A stretch of DNA of 64,000 nucleotides from Octopus bimaculoides (lineage: Eukaryota), in assembly GCF_001194135.2 (NCBI RefSeq), contig NC_068985.1:35723154-35787153 (forward strand), given 5' to 3'. A model generated the notes under the pieces. It was not told the DNA's origin, did not search any database, and worked only from the letters and a program-made list of their open reading frames with translations. The position numbers and the translations under genes are program-made. Positions within the stretch are counted from its first letter, which is position 1. Each line of letters begins with the position of its first letter. Below are positions 1-12,050 of the stretch, piece after piece.

Positions 1-320
1 CAGACAGACAGACACACATTCTCATTTTTATATATATAGATAAATACATGTATACACATCCAAAAGACATCCATGCACATACTTATGATGAAATATAAGA
101 AATAGAGATAAATAAATAAAAAATGTAAAGAAACTATATAAAGGGCAAGGATACAAACAATATAGTAAGCAAAAACCCATGTATACACACACACAAAACA
201 CAGACATGTGTACACACAAGCATGCACGCACACATACATACACACTTACACACACATGCATGCACACATACACACATGCACATAGAGACACAGATGCAAA
301 TGCAAATAAATATACACATC
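1..320. repeat. (CA)n/(TA)n-rich degenerate microsatellite tract
   Basis: Runs of cacacacat/acatac; the ORF-track products here are only C/V/Y/H/T low-complexity strings. Confidence 0.9.
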
Positions 321-804
321 ATAGAAAGACAGAATCAACTGAACAGAACAGGAGGATACATGTGGATCACAGATGTGTGACAAAAGATTTGCAGACGATG
401 GACATAAGACAAAATGAGAACAATAATAAACGAGTGAAGAATGAATATATAGTACGTGTGTTTATTTGGTAAGGAAAAAAAAATGACTATCCTAAAATAT
501 TACAATATCTGTTTCTACACATGATTTCACATTAAGAATCTTGCAAAACAAATTCATAAGTGCATTCTCCAAATGTTGTGCTGAAGTTTGATATGGGCTA
601 TTTACACACATGGTCAACTTAAATCTTTAGTATTTGGTCATTGGTGCTATCAGGCATAGTAAGGGAATTGTATTAGAAAACGAATGAAATATCAGTAGTA
701 ATTATATTGTGATATAGAAGTTGAGAAAGCTCTGATTAGCTAGGATATAAAATACTGGTAGACTGAGATGCTGAAATGAAATATATATCTGTGTGTGTGT
801 GTAA

Positions 805-1740
805 TACAGATAAGGGAAGTGCAAATAGTTATTATGGACATTGAACACTACAAAAGAGATATACTATCTATATTACAAGATATGACCCACTATGAAAAGG
901 TAAATAATTGCCAAAAATCAAAGACAATGACTAAACTGAACACACTCATTCACAAACATCAAAAAGGTTTAACAAACAAAGAATGTGACTACCTAACCCA
1001 TTTTAATTGCAAGACTAGCTACTTCTACGGTCTCAACAAAAATCCATAAGAATCAAACTATTAAGAATGCATGTAAAGAACCAAGTTCAAGTTGCATAAA
1101 CATACAATATCCCACTGGCTTTAAATTTAGACCAATCATAGCAGGCCTGAACTGTGAAACATACACACTCAGCAACTTTTTAGATATATTATTGAAACCT
1201 ATTTTGAAATACATACTAAGTCTTGTGAGGGATGACCTGGACCTGTTAAACCACTTTCCAAAATCCATAAACAATGATACTACTGTTGAATGTTTTGATG
1301 TAGTGAACCTATATACCACAACCGATACAACAACAGTCAAAAAGTGTGGCTACCCAAATTGTGAGACCTGTATCACCCTTATTGAAGACACAACATACAA
1401 ATTCAAATTGGGACAGACTTTTACTGTAAAACATCACTTTACATCTTCTTCAAGGAATTTAATATATGCTATCAAGCATCAAGGATGTAATGGAGATTAC
1501 ATGGGTCAAACAAAGCTTACACTAAGGAATAGACTGACCATTCACCAACAACAAATACAAGACCCTAGTACTAGAGAGATTCCACTGAGTGGTCACATTG
1601 ACATATGAGCAAAATATAAGTCCCTCAAACTCCAGGTCTTCCCACTCTACCTATGTTCAGTGAATACCACAGCTGAAGCACAGAAAAACAAAGAAAATAC
1701 TTTCATACAAAAGTACAAATCAAAATTTAACAAACTTTAA
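805..1740 (+). mobile_element. Penelope-like element (Neptune-type) remnant: RT N-terminal part fused to GIY-YIG endonuclease
   Basis: Translated motifs DKGS-IVIMD, FYGL(PKIHK, frameshifted at ~1035), RPIIAG, FDVVNLYT, then CGYPNCETC, NLIYAI..YMGQT..LRNRLTIH and KENTFIQKYKSKFN*. Contains stops and frameshifts. Confidence 0.9.
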
Positions 1741-2271
1741 CAGAGTACATATACAAATAACTATTCACATTCAAAATTCATTCTGCCACTTATCATGAGG
1801 AAGCTACACAACTAACAACCTAAATTGTAGCCACTAGACTACATACAAATGACTCCTGTCCACTTTTCCACCAGACAGATTCAATTTGGAATGCCTTGAT
1901 TATAACTAAACATGTTCAGTCAACCGTGTTAGCTTTCTTTTCAGGCGCAAAATATACTGTCACATGACACTAACACACGAACGTAGCAGGAAACATACAA
2001 AAGATTATAAACTTAATCGTGTTCATTCTCTACAAACACTTAAACAGAAAACATTCAGAGCAGTCGTCTCTTTTGCACATATATATATATATGTGTGTGT
2101 ATGTATGCATGTATATAATCACATATATACATATATGCATACACACACATGCACATACATTCAGACACACATGCATATATATATGTATACAGACATGGCC
2201 TGGGCTAATACTGGCTGAAACTTATCTAAATGAATCATAGCTGTGGTCGTCGTTGGTGTCATATAAATGCA

Positions 2272-2431
2272 CATAAAAGCACCCATTACACTCCTGGAGT
2301 GGTTGGCATTAGGAAGAGCATTCAGCCATGTAGAAACTATACCAAATCAGACTGGAACTTGGTGCAGACCTCCTGCTTATCAGCTCCAGTCAAACCGTGT
2401 AACCTATGCCAGCATGGAGAGTGGACATTAA

Positions 2432-2463
<32 letters not shown>
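2272..2463 (+). mobile_element. RTE-family 3' tail fragment ending in (TGA)n
   Basis: Same sequence family as the tail of the RTE at 57990-58150 (cacccattacactc...ggacattaaatgatgatg). Confidence 0.85.
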
Positions 2464-2824
2464 ATATTTATGCATGTATTTCCATATAAAGAATGCATAT
2501 ATTAAATTGTGATGCCTATGTTTGAATAAGTCCTCTCAAAAACCATAAAGCCCAGTGAAAAATGATAACTATTAAAGAAAGAGCCCTCTGAGTAAGCAGT
2601 GGAAAACATCTGAAAAAGCAGACTGAAACATGATCAGCTCTAGAAAAGTATCTATGCTATATAGAGTTACAGTTAGGCTTGTGTAATGTACTGTTTTGTC
2701 ACTTTTGCAACTGTAGACTTAAGTTCATTAGCTCATTGAATGCTTCACTGTTGCTTCACAGAGATATAAAACTTAATGGGAGTGTGGTAGGGAAGAAGAC
2801 ATTACATTGGTAGTCAGGATAAGG

Positions 2825-3670
2825 ATGTGTTAATGATGATGATGTTGGTTCCTCCACAAACAAATCATCATCATCATCCTCATTACCACCACCACCGCTG
2901 CCACCACCACCACCGCTGCCACCACCACCACCACCATCTCCTCCTTCATCATTATCATCACAATGTTACCGGTGCCAACGATATAGAAGAAAATAATAAT
3001 GCTGCTGCCAAAATTGATAACTAGAACAAGGAAGACGCTTACGGTAGCAACTATGGTATTAGTGGTATTGGTGACAATAGTTATATTGACTGCAACAACA
3101 TCTATGGAAGTGATTTCTTGAATAAGAGATAAGTCTGGTAGAGATGGTGGTAACAGCAACTGCAGTTACAGTAAAAGTCATGGTAATGGTGGCGGTAGGA
3201 CAAGGTTGAGAATGTTGAATATGGGCAAGGATGATCAGGGTTATTACAGTGACAATAGCAGTGGTGTTACTGGTAGCAGGATTTGAGGATGAGGGTGTTG
3301 GTCATGGCTATGATCATAGTGGTAGTGGTGACAGAGATAGCAGTTGTGGTGGTGAATGGGAGAGTGGGGGGAGGAGTAGTGGCAGATGTGATGGTGGTGA
3401 AGGATAGGTGGGAAATGTTAATGTTAATAGTGTTTAGCCCTAGGCCAGTTCTGACTGGGCAGAGCTGTGACTGAAAAAATTCCAGCCATGACTAACCTGT
3501 CCCTTTTTATCTCAGATATGTATTAACCAACGAGTCCTTTCCTTATTAAGACAGTAAGGTGTAATTTGAAGATTTAATTGCTATATTTAGCATATCAAAC
3601 AACTACATATAGTGGTTTATGGTATTGATGATGATGATGATGATGAGGAGGAGGAGGAGGAGGAGAAGAC
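2825..3670. repeat. Trinucleotide low-complexity region (CAT/CAC, GTG/GTA, GAT/GAG)
   Basis: Direct reading; gives poly-His, poly-Val and poly-Met pseudo-ORFs. Confidence 0.85.
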
Positions 3671-4435
3671 AGGTGAAATAGGAAACATGTCAAATATTTA
3701 GTTGATAAGGATAGATACTAGTTTTATCAGAACCAAAAGAATATTTGGTGATAGAAATATTTTTTTTTGTGGGAAAGGTTCCAGATTTGCTAAGTAGCAT
3801 ATTCATAACTAAAACAATGAAATTTATACTGCTAATGAGAGGTGCAATGTCTATCTATGGTGACATGATGTTGTTTTGAGTGACATGGTCTTCACACTGG
3901 CTGAGATGACAATCATCAGAGTGGGAAAAAACAGAACTTTTCTATTTTCAAGTTTTGACTACCACAAAAGTTGACATCAATCTGGTATCATTGTCATCAT
4001 CATCATCACCATCATTGTCATCATTGTCGTCGTCATCATCATCATCATTTTACACCTGTTATTTCCATCCTCATATAGATTGGATGAGTCTGCTTAAGTA
4101 CAGTATTTCATCACTTACTGTGCAGCATTATCATCTTCTTCCCAAGATTCAGCATCCTGAAATCAGCCCCTCACCACTTCATGCCTCACATGTTAAGAAT
4201 TGTAACACTGATTCTGCCATCCCCTACATGCCAAACTTATCAAGTCCATACAACCATTAGAGCATCTCAGTGCAATGTCTATCTAAAGGTCCTCTACTGT
4301 GATTTAACTCTTACTATTACTTGTTTACATTTGAATGTTTGGATATGACAGTTCTTACAGTAATTTGCTATCTTCAAAATATATTCTTCAAGTTTGATAC
4401 TCCAGCTTCTATTCACTCAAATCAAGAAACCATCT

Positions 4436-4561
4436 TATTCTTGCTGATCTTTGTACTTTGAAGAACTATTCTTGCTGATCTTTGTACTTTGAANNNNNNN
4501 NNNTGCTGATCTTTGTACTTTGAAGAACTATTCTTGCTGATCTTTGTACTTTGAAGAACTA
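4436..4561. repeat. 31-bp minisatellite, 4 copies (tattcttgctgatctttgtactttgaagaac)
   Basis: Identical units at 4436, 4467, (4498) and 4529. The 10 Ns at 4494-4503 equal the missing 10 nt exactly. Confidence 0.9.
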
Positions 4562-5679
4562 TAATTTTGTTCAAACTAAAACAATTCCATTCAACCAACT
4601 GGAAACAGTCAAGTAGAACATCTAAATGAAATGCTATGGAGAAAAATAACAGAGGAAGAAAGTCAATGGAGTTGTATTTTAGGAAATCACTCCATGCATT
4701 TAGCTCCTTTTGCTATGCAACTAACTTGATGTTTCATATAAAAAATAAAAAAAACTTGACTTTCAGCATTGATCTCCAGCAGAACAATCTTTACCCAGAA
4801 AAGTTTTGTTAAGGTAGCTTAATCCTATCAACATAAACAAAAGGTCGATCATGTTGAATTGATTGATGCTACTCATCACTATACTTGTATCAGATTTGAT
4901 CCGTTGGTCAAATTAACACACTCAACTCAAGATATAGCACAATCTGGAAGACAGTTTCACAAGAACTCAATCTTTAGTTCTATTAAAAAGAGTAGTTCCA
5001 TTGATTATTGCCACAATGACGAACTGTTTAAAAATCCAGCCGCAGCAAGCTTTATGTCTGCAGATGAGGGTTCCATCAATTATTGCTGCTTTGACATGCT
5101 GAGAACTGGGAACAGTCCAGTGTGAATCCAGTTATTGAAGAGGAAATCATGGCTCCACGACTTGGATTTCCTCATTACTCAGCAAGGATCCAGAATGCCC
5201 TCAGTAGACTAAAATTTTGAAGTACCAGCAAACATTACAAATCATTATTTCTACTTCTGGTCCAGAAACATGATATACTTTATAGTTTAAAACTGACAGC
5301 AAGCATTCGCAATAAAAAAATAGGACACATTTACACTTGTACTTAGAAAATGGAAGATAAACATTTTAGTTAAACAAATTATTTTATTTTCAGCAACCTA
5401 TTTTGTCATCACATATATGGAAAAAAAAAAAAAAAACCTTTGTGATATTATAACGATCACGTATTATATCAAGTAGTTTTTGAGTTTTTAACCCCCAGGA
5501 TCGATGTGATAACTCGGGCAGGTATCTTCTACTATAGCCCTGAGCTGACCAAAGCCTTGTGAATGAATTTGATGGAAAGTGAAAAAAGTCAGTCGTGTGT
5601 GTGCGTGTGTGGTGCGCGCGCGTGTGTGCGTGCATGTATGTGTCCCTCTCCACCGCTTGACAACAAATGTAGTTTTGTT

Positions 5680-6520
5680 GGCGGACGTCAGCNNNNNNNN
5701 NNNNNNNNNNNNNNNNNNNNNNNNNNNNNNNNNNNNNNNNNNNNNNNNNNNNNNNNNNNNNNNNNNNNNNNNNNNNNNNNNNNNNNNNNNNNNNNNNNNN
5801 NNNNNNNNNNNNNNNNNNNNNNNNNNNNNNNNNNNNNNNNNNNNNNNNNNNNNNNNNNNNNNNNNNNNNNNNNNNNNNNNNNNNNNNNNNNNNNNNNNNN
5901 NNNNNNNNNNNNNNNNNNNNNNNNNNNNNNNNNNNNNNNNNNNNNNNNNNNNNNNNNNNNNNNNNNNNNNNNNNNNNNNNNNNNNNNNNNNNNNNNNNNN
6001 NNNNNNNNNNNNNNNNNNNNNNNNNNNNNNNNNNNNNNNNNNNNNNNNNNNNNNNNNNNNNNNNNNNNNNNNNNNNNNNNNNNNNNNNNNNNNNNNNNNN
6101 NNNNNNNNNNNNNNNNNNNNNNNNNNNNNNNNNNNNNNNNNNNNNNNNNNNNNNNNNNNNNNNNNNNNNNNNNNNNNNNNNNNNNNNNNNNNNNNNNNNN
6201 NNNNNNNNNNNNNNNNNNNNNNNNNNNNNNNNNNNNNNNNNNNNNNNNNNNNNNNNNNNNNNNNNNNNNNNNNNNNNNNNNNNNNNNNNNNNNNNNNNNN
6301 NNNNNNNNCCCCCCCCCCAAAATCATCGTGCGTAGTGCCCACAAAATCCGTCTGGAGATGCGAGGGGAGAAGTAAGAAAAAATATTCGAATTTTTTTTTT
6401 GTGTGTGATAACGATACTCTAGATCATTCCCAAGGGCACCGTGAAAAATAGTATGTGAAAAATCCCTGACAAAATGGAGAAATTCCAATTTATGTGGGCC
6501 ACCTATCGCTGACGTCCGCC
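5680..6520. mobile_element. MITE/DNA transposon with GGCGGACGTCAGC TIRs and 8-bp TSD (Merlin-like)
   Basis: TIR 5680-5692 is the exact reverse complement of 6508-6520. The TSD GTTTTGTT sits at 5672-5679 and 6521-6528. Most of the interior is gap (5693-6308). Confidence 0.85.
5693..6308. other. Assembly gap (others: 4494-4503, 30642-30883, 56170-56929, 57398-57866, 61831-61846)
   Basis: N runs; the larger gaps fall inside young repeats. Confidence 0.99.
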
Positions 6521-7278
6521 GTTTTGTTTACGTCCCCCGTAACTTACCAGTTCGGCAAATAGTTACCGCTACAATAAGTACAAATACCTGTTCAGGGCGG
6601 TGCTCCAGCGTAGCCGCTCTTTGCTGACTGAAGAAAAAGATAAAATATCAAATCTATTTCATCTCGCATTGTTTTCTTTATTTTTAAGTATTATTTTCTT
6701 TAATTATCATGCTTGTAAATGTGTCACAGTAAAAAAAATCATTTATTTTACTTTTGATGAAATTTCCATCAATTTTATGACTTAACCAAATAGTTACAGT
6801 TACATTTGGGCGCCTCTGTTATACGTAATATAATACGACTAGAATTATGTGGCTAACATTTTAAAAAGTAGGTGGCATAATCTGACAGAATACATGAGAA
6901 ATTTTGCCTGTACATGTAGACTCAAATTATCAAGGCCGATAACGGTGTGTAAATACTTACATTAACACACACACACAAGCGCGCACAAGACTTGTAGAGC
7001 TACGTTCCCATTTTAGCTCGAATTTAAACAACAAATTTAAACATTTTATTAAATCTATCAGCAATCAAATACTTCTTATTTGAACTTATTTTTGCAAGGC
7101 AATTTTATTAAAGGTAAAATATTGTTATACTGCTTTAGCTTGAACAGAAACTGCTCTAAAAATCATATTTTCATTGGTGGCATTTTAAGCAAATCACCGC
7201 TTAAGAACTCTTTAGTTGCTGAAAACAAATATACAATAGCAGACAGTTATTTCTCAACATTATAATGTTTATAATTAA

Positions 7279-7828
7279 ATGTCAGAAGCAATGATCGGGT
7301 CGGTCACAATGTCTACCGACAGCGACGAAGGTCAAACATTGCAGGACAATGTAAGTTTGGTTAATACTGATGAAGAAGATCCTCCACCACAATATGACAC
7401 ATTGAGTTTTCAGTTTTGTGAAGAAACTGAGCGAAGCCTTGATGATGTTTTAACTGATATCAAATTTGGTAGATTTCATATTTTGATTATATTGCTTGGT
7501 GGAACCGCTTATTTTGCAGTTTGCAGTGAACTCATGGTTTTTGTATTTCTTAATGAACCAATTAAGAAAGAATGGCATTTAAGCGATATGGTATTTCCAT
7601 GGCTCCCCTTCTGCAATGGACTTGCATCGATGTTTGGAGAATATCTTTTTGGAATCCTCAGTGACAGGCATGGCCGCCAGTTTACATTTGTACTTACAGT
7701 ATCCATATGTTGCATATTTGCAATCGGATCTACTTTTGCGACTAACTTTCCTATTCTAGTTGTGTTTAGATCATTTGTCTCTTTTGGAAAAGGCGGTTTA
7801 GCAGCACTCGCTTTTGTTCTTCCTATAG
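7279..7828 (+). CDS. SVOP/SV2-like MFS transporter, coding exon 1
   Basis: ATG at 7279; DDVLTDIKFGRFH resembles SVOP EDAVEAIGFGKFQ; MFS motif A GILSDRHGR; donor AG|GTAAGA at 7829, phase 1. Confidence 0.92.
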
Positions 7829-9424
7829 GTAAGATCTTAGTTCTCTCTCTCTCTCTCTCTGCTTATATAGTTAGTTTTAAGACAGATCGATTTGTTTACA
7901 TTCTTTTTTGTTTTTGATGTCAGATTTTTGTGTGTAGCTTTATTTTTACTTATTTCATTTGTTTTCACAAAACAAATAGCAAACCTAGTGACCTTTACTG
8001 TAACTCATCAGCATGGAAGCATTATCACAGTTAAATAATTTCATTTAACTATTTTTTATGACTATTATCGGCTATCGACATTCATTTTAAATTGTTCTAC
8101 AAGTAACCTTTAAAGTATTGGTATATTGCACTGCAAATTTTGAAAACCCTCAAAATTGATATCACAAATGTATCCTAATCCAACATATCTCACTCATCCA
8201 AGAGCCAAAAGCTCTAATATTCCTAAATGATTTGGTAAGAAATGTTCCGTTAAATATTTGATCAAAATATAATTTTTTAAATATGTGTATCAAACAAAGA
8301 TTATTTAGGGGGCACATTACACTTTCGTCCAGCATATTACATCTTTTTCTGAGTAATCATGTTCTAGTTCCTTGCCAAGTAGATTTCTGCCATCTCCAGT
8401 CAATTCTGATTTCACCTGTAACTCAACAGTAATCCTTTATCCCTCTTATTTCCCCCGACTGTTAACTTTCCAAAGTCTTACTATCTATTAACACTATTAA
8501 ATTCTTAGTACTTACCATAAAACTGTGTGACAGAAATAGACCCTATTCTTTCAAATATATCTCCCCCACTTAATGTCCACTTTGAGAAGTGAAAACTCCA
8601 TTTTTTAACAACTTGATGCTTCAAACATTTCTAAAGTATTTGAGACAATTCTTAATAAACACATATTTAACTTCAAGATCTACAGTGTAAGATTATTTTT
8701 TTATATGATATATGAATAATTTCCTTCCTTTCAAAAACAAAGTTTTTAATTCATAGAAGGCTGACGACTGTAGTGTATAAAAAACTTTGACAAAATGGGG
8801 CTCACAATCACCACCTCCTGCAAGGTTATCATAAAAATAGATGCATAACTTACTCCTTTGACCATACTGTATTTGTATATAACAAGAGGGGTTACAAATC
8901 CTTATAAACAACAAGATCCTTTTTAGGATTTTGTTATTTCTGAAATTCTATTAAATCTCTGCTTTCTGTCATAAACATATATATTCATAGGACAATGACA
9001 CAACCCACCACTCCATGCTGTGAATTCTATCTCACACTGGTGAAATAAGCATACCTCTTCAAGTTATGTGCACTTCCACTGTTTTACCAGACTATGGTAA
9101 CTCCATAGTTTTGTAATGTTTAATATTAAAATGCTAATACTGACAAATTTATATACATGAATTCTTGAATAGATCAAATTTTTCCAAAAACACTATCCAT
9201 TCCTATTCAACATCTGTATTCACAAGCTCATTTTTTCAAATCAATTAAATTTTCAGTATATTGCTAATGGTTATATTATCAACTAGAAAGCAATTCAGAA
9301 GGGAGAAACTAAATATTGGAAACTAAATATTGTAATGCTTTTAATCCAGTTCTCTGCTGTCTTACTCATTTTCATGACCTAATACCAATTAATTTAAAGC
9401 AGCTTATTCCTAAAACATTCCTTT

Positions 9425-9598
9425 TTACTCTAGGCACAAGGCCTGAAATTTTGGGAGAGGGGGCCGGTTGATTAGATCGACTCCAGTATGCAACTGGTAC
9501 TTAATTTATCGACCCCGAAAGGATGAAAGGCAGAATTTGAACTCAGAACATAAAGACAGACGAAATACCGCTAAGCATTTCTGCCAGCTCACCGCCTT
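9425..9598 (-). mobile_element. tRNA-derived SINE (aaggcggcgagctggcagaa family) in transporter intron 1
   Basis: Shares atcgaccccgaaaggatgaaaggc...gaactcagaac with the copies at 13781-13905, 31128-31362 and 38941-39122. Confidence 0.85.
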
Positions 9599-10138
9599 GC
9601 TTATTCCTACAACATTGCTATTGTTATTATATACTCCCAGTCCTATAGATCCTACATAATTTTATATTGCTACAGCTATAGCATTAAACCTTTAATCAAG
9701 GTACATTACTCTGCTTGTTTGCCAACAGAACTTATGACTCCTAACATATTGAATGGTCAGAAGTAAAAAGAACATATATATGTATATGTGTGTGTGTGTG
9801 TGAGTATGTATACAAACTTATTCAAATACTATGCACAAATTTGCAAAACCTAAAACTTCTTATTCGATCATCTGTGAACAGACATAAAAACAGATAAAAA
9901 TTTACTAATGTAATTATAAAATTAAAGAAACTCTAATTTAAGATTTTATATTTAAGCTCTACTTAAATAGTCACATAATTTCCCTTAATATATGCATTCT
10001 AGAACACTTGTAAAATAGCATTCCCTTTGTTGTTTTGTTTTGAACAAAAATGTAAATGTTTTGCATTATACTTAATGTTTTTTCATTAGTTTTTTAGTGT
10101 TATTTATTCAAATATTTTTATTTTTGTAACTTTTACAG

Positions 10139-10417
10139 AGTTTTTACCTCGACAGAAACGCAGTTACCTTATTATCATCACAATGTGTGGTACATTAGGA
10201 ACTGCTTTTACAGGGGCAATGGCTTGGCTTTTGATCCCGACGCATGGCTGGAGATATTTTGTTGTCGCTTGTGCTACTCCTTTTTTGATCACTCTTATCT
10301 TCCGCCTTTTCGCAAGATATGAATCACCAAGGTTTCTAATGATTAGTGGAGAAAAGGAACAAGCATGGATGGTTGTTACCAAAATTGCACAAATAAATAA
10401 AACTCCAGTTCCTGCAG
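10139..10417 (+). CDS. SVOP/SV2-like MFS transporter, coding exon 2
   Basis: Acceptor ttttacag|; restores the conserved EFLP..KR motif across the junction; GWRY and ESPRFL motifs; donor CAG|GTATGT at 10418, phase 1. Confidence 0.92.
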
Positions 10418-10783
10418 GTATGTTGCAAAAATTTGTTATATCTTTCTCAAAGGACATGTTCTGAATTATCTCTAATCCCATTATTTATGACACAGTTCTC
10501 CGTTTTGTCACATAATTTAAACCCAACATCTTGTGTACTGTAAATATTATTAGCTTTGACCAAACATCTTATTCCTAAAAAAGAATATCTTTATCAACTC
10601 ACCACCCTTCCAAATTTAATTAGGAGATAGGTCTTCTATCTCTCCCTACATGGCTACAGCTCCTTTGTCTTAGACAAAATCATTTTTCTCTCTGATATTC
10701 TCATTATATCATTTTTGTTTATTTTCTTTGGAAATTTAGGGGAACTGATTATACATTTTTGTCTTACACAATAATAAATCCTC

Positions 10784-10950
10784 ACCCACTACACTCTCGG
10801 AGTGGTTGGCGTTAGGAAGGGCATCCAGCTGTAGAAACTCTGCCAAATCAGATTGGAGCCTGGTGTAGCCATCTGGTTCACCAGTCCTCAGTCAAATCGT
10901 CCAACCCATGCTAGCATGGAAAGCGGACGTTAAACGATGATGATTATGAT
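10784..10950 (+). mobile_element. RTE 3' tail fragment in transporter intron 2
   Basis: Near-identical to 57990-58150; ends in (TGA)n. Confidence 0.9.
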
Positions 10951-11289
10951 GCTGTAATTCTCCACTTCACTTTTTCCTTATCATCATCATCACCTATTGT
11001 AAATGATTATATTATATTATTGTTCTGCAATGTTGCACCTCTGCTGTTCTTTTAGTTTGTTAATTACACCTTCTGTCAAGTCATGTCGTGTTAAATCATG
11101 CCATATTTTCCTTGGTTTACTTCTGCCATTAGTAACCACAAACTATTCCATCAGTAGATTACAAGTCTGCAATATGCAATATTGCCTTTCTTTAGTTCAC
11201 CTGTCCTTTAATTCTTAATCTACTTGTGTCACTCATTGAATACATTTCTGATACAATATAAATATGTTGCAAATTTTTATTACTTTCAG

Positions 11290-12050
11290 GCAAACTCTCT
11301 GGGATTCCAAGTCACAGTAGAGGACAAATTAAAGATCTTTTTACAAGGGAATTTCGTTATCGCACTCTGACAATTTCCTTGGTATGGCTATTCCAGGCAA
11401 CTGGATATTGGGGTGTCACTACTTATCTTCCACAATATATGTCTGATAAACTGAACCTTGGTGGATATTTCATTATTTTCATCATTTTTATCAGTGAACT
11501 TCCAGGTTTGTTTTTAGCACTGTTTTTTATACGCAAAAACATGCTTGGACGTATCACATCTGTTATATTATTTATTTGCATGACCATAGTTCTTTTAGCA
11601 GTCTTTGCAGTTTTGAGCACTTCCCATCTTATCTGGGCACAAACCTTAACTATCATGACCTGCTTTGCTTTTATGGCTCCAATATACTCAATTCTGAATA
11701 CTTTTACTCCAGAAATTTATCCCACAGCAATTCGTAGTACTGCACTTGGGTGGGTGTACATGGTATCAAATATTCCTGGTCTCATCACTCCATTTATTGA
11801 TGCAACTCTGCTTGATAGTCCAGTTGTATGGCTCTATCCTGTTGTTTGGCTGATGTTCTTTGTCCTCGAATTTGTTGTAATGCTCAGCATCAGAACTGAG
11901 ACAGCTGGAAAGCGACTAAGTGATAATCTACAGAGTACGCCAATCTGTGAAAATATTCCTAGCTTTGTTCCTGACCACATTCCTGAATGTACTGCACCAA
12001 TATATGCCAGTGAACCTCCTTTCAGATATCGTCAAGATGGTTATCTCTAG
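11290..12050 (+). CDS. SVOP/SV2-like MFS transporter, coding exon 3 (stop TAG)
   Basis: Acceptor actttcag|; junction gives PVPAGKL (SVOP PMPLGKL); TPEIYPTAIRSTALG and ETAGKRL motifs. Spliced CDS is 1590 nt = 529 aa with no internal stop. Confidence 0.92.

Larger units (their letters stand above)
5483..6645 (+). mobile_element. tRNA-derived SINE split by a MITE insertion
   Basis: 5483-5679 and 6521-6645 join into the same SINE family seen at 63380-63715 (ctactatagccc...cttgacaac...gtttacgtcccc...ggtgctccagc). Confidence 0.8.

Noticed and set aside
2187-2225. Possible hammerhead ribozyme downstream of the Penelope remnant (cagacatggcc...tggctgaaac)
   Set aside because: The CUGANGA and GAAA cores have several mismatches and I could not build stems I and III.
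4436-4561. CRISPR-like direct repeats of about 31 bp
   Set aside because: The units are contiguous with no spacers, the DNA is eukaryotic, and there are no cas genes; this is a minisatellite.
5488-6488. Long ORFs spanning N runs (also 30493-30951, 56124-58049)
   Set aside because: These are artefacts of translating assembly gaps; only the RTE segments at 55820-57400 are real coding remnants.
6541-6550. Minus-strand splice donor CTG|GTAAGTT suggesting an exon upstream of the transporter
   Set aside because: It lies inside the SINE 3' half and the adjacent frames are closed.
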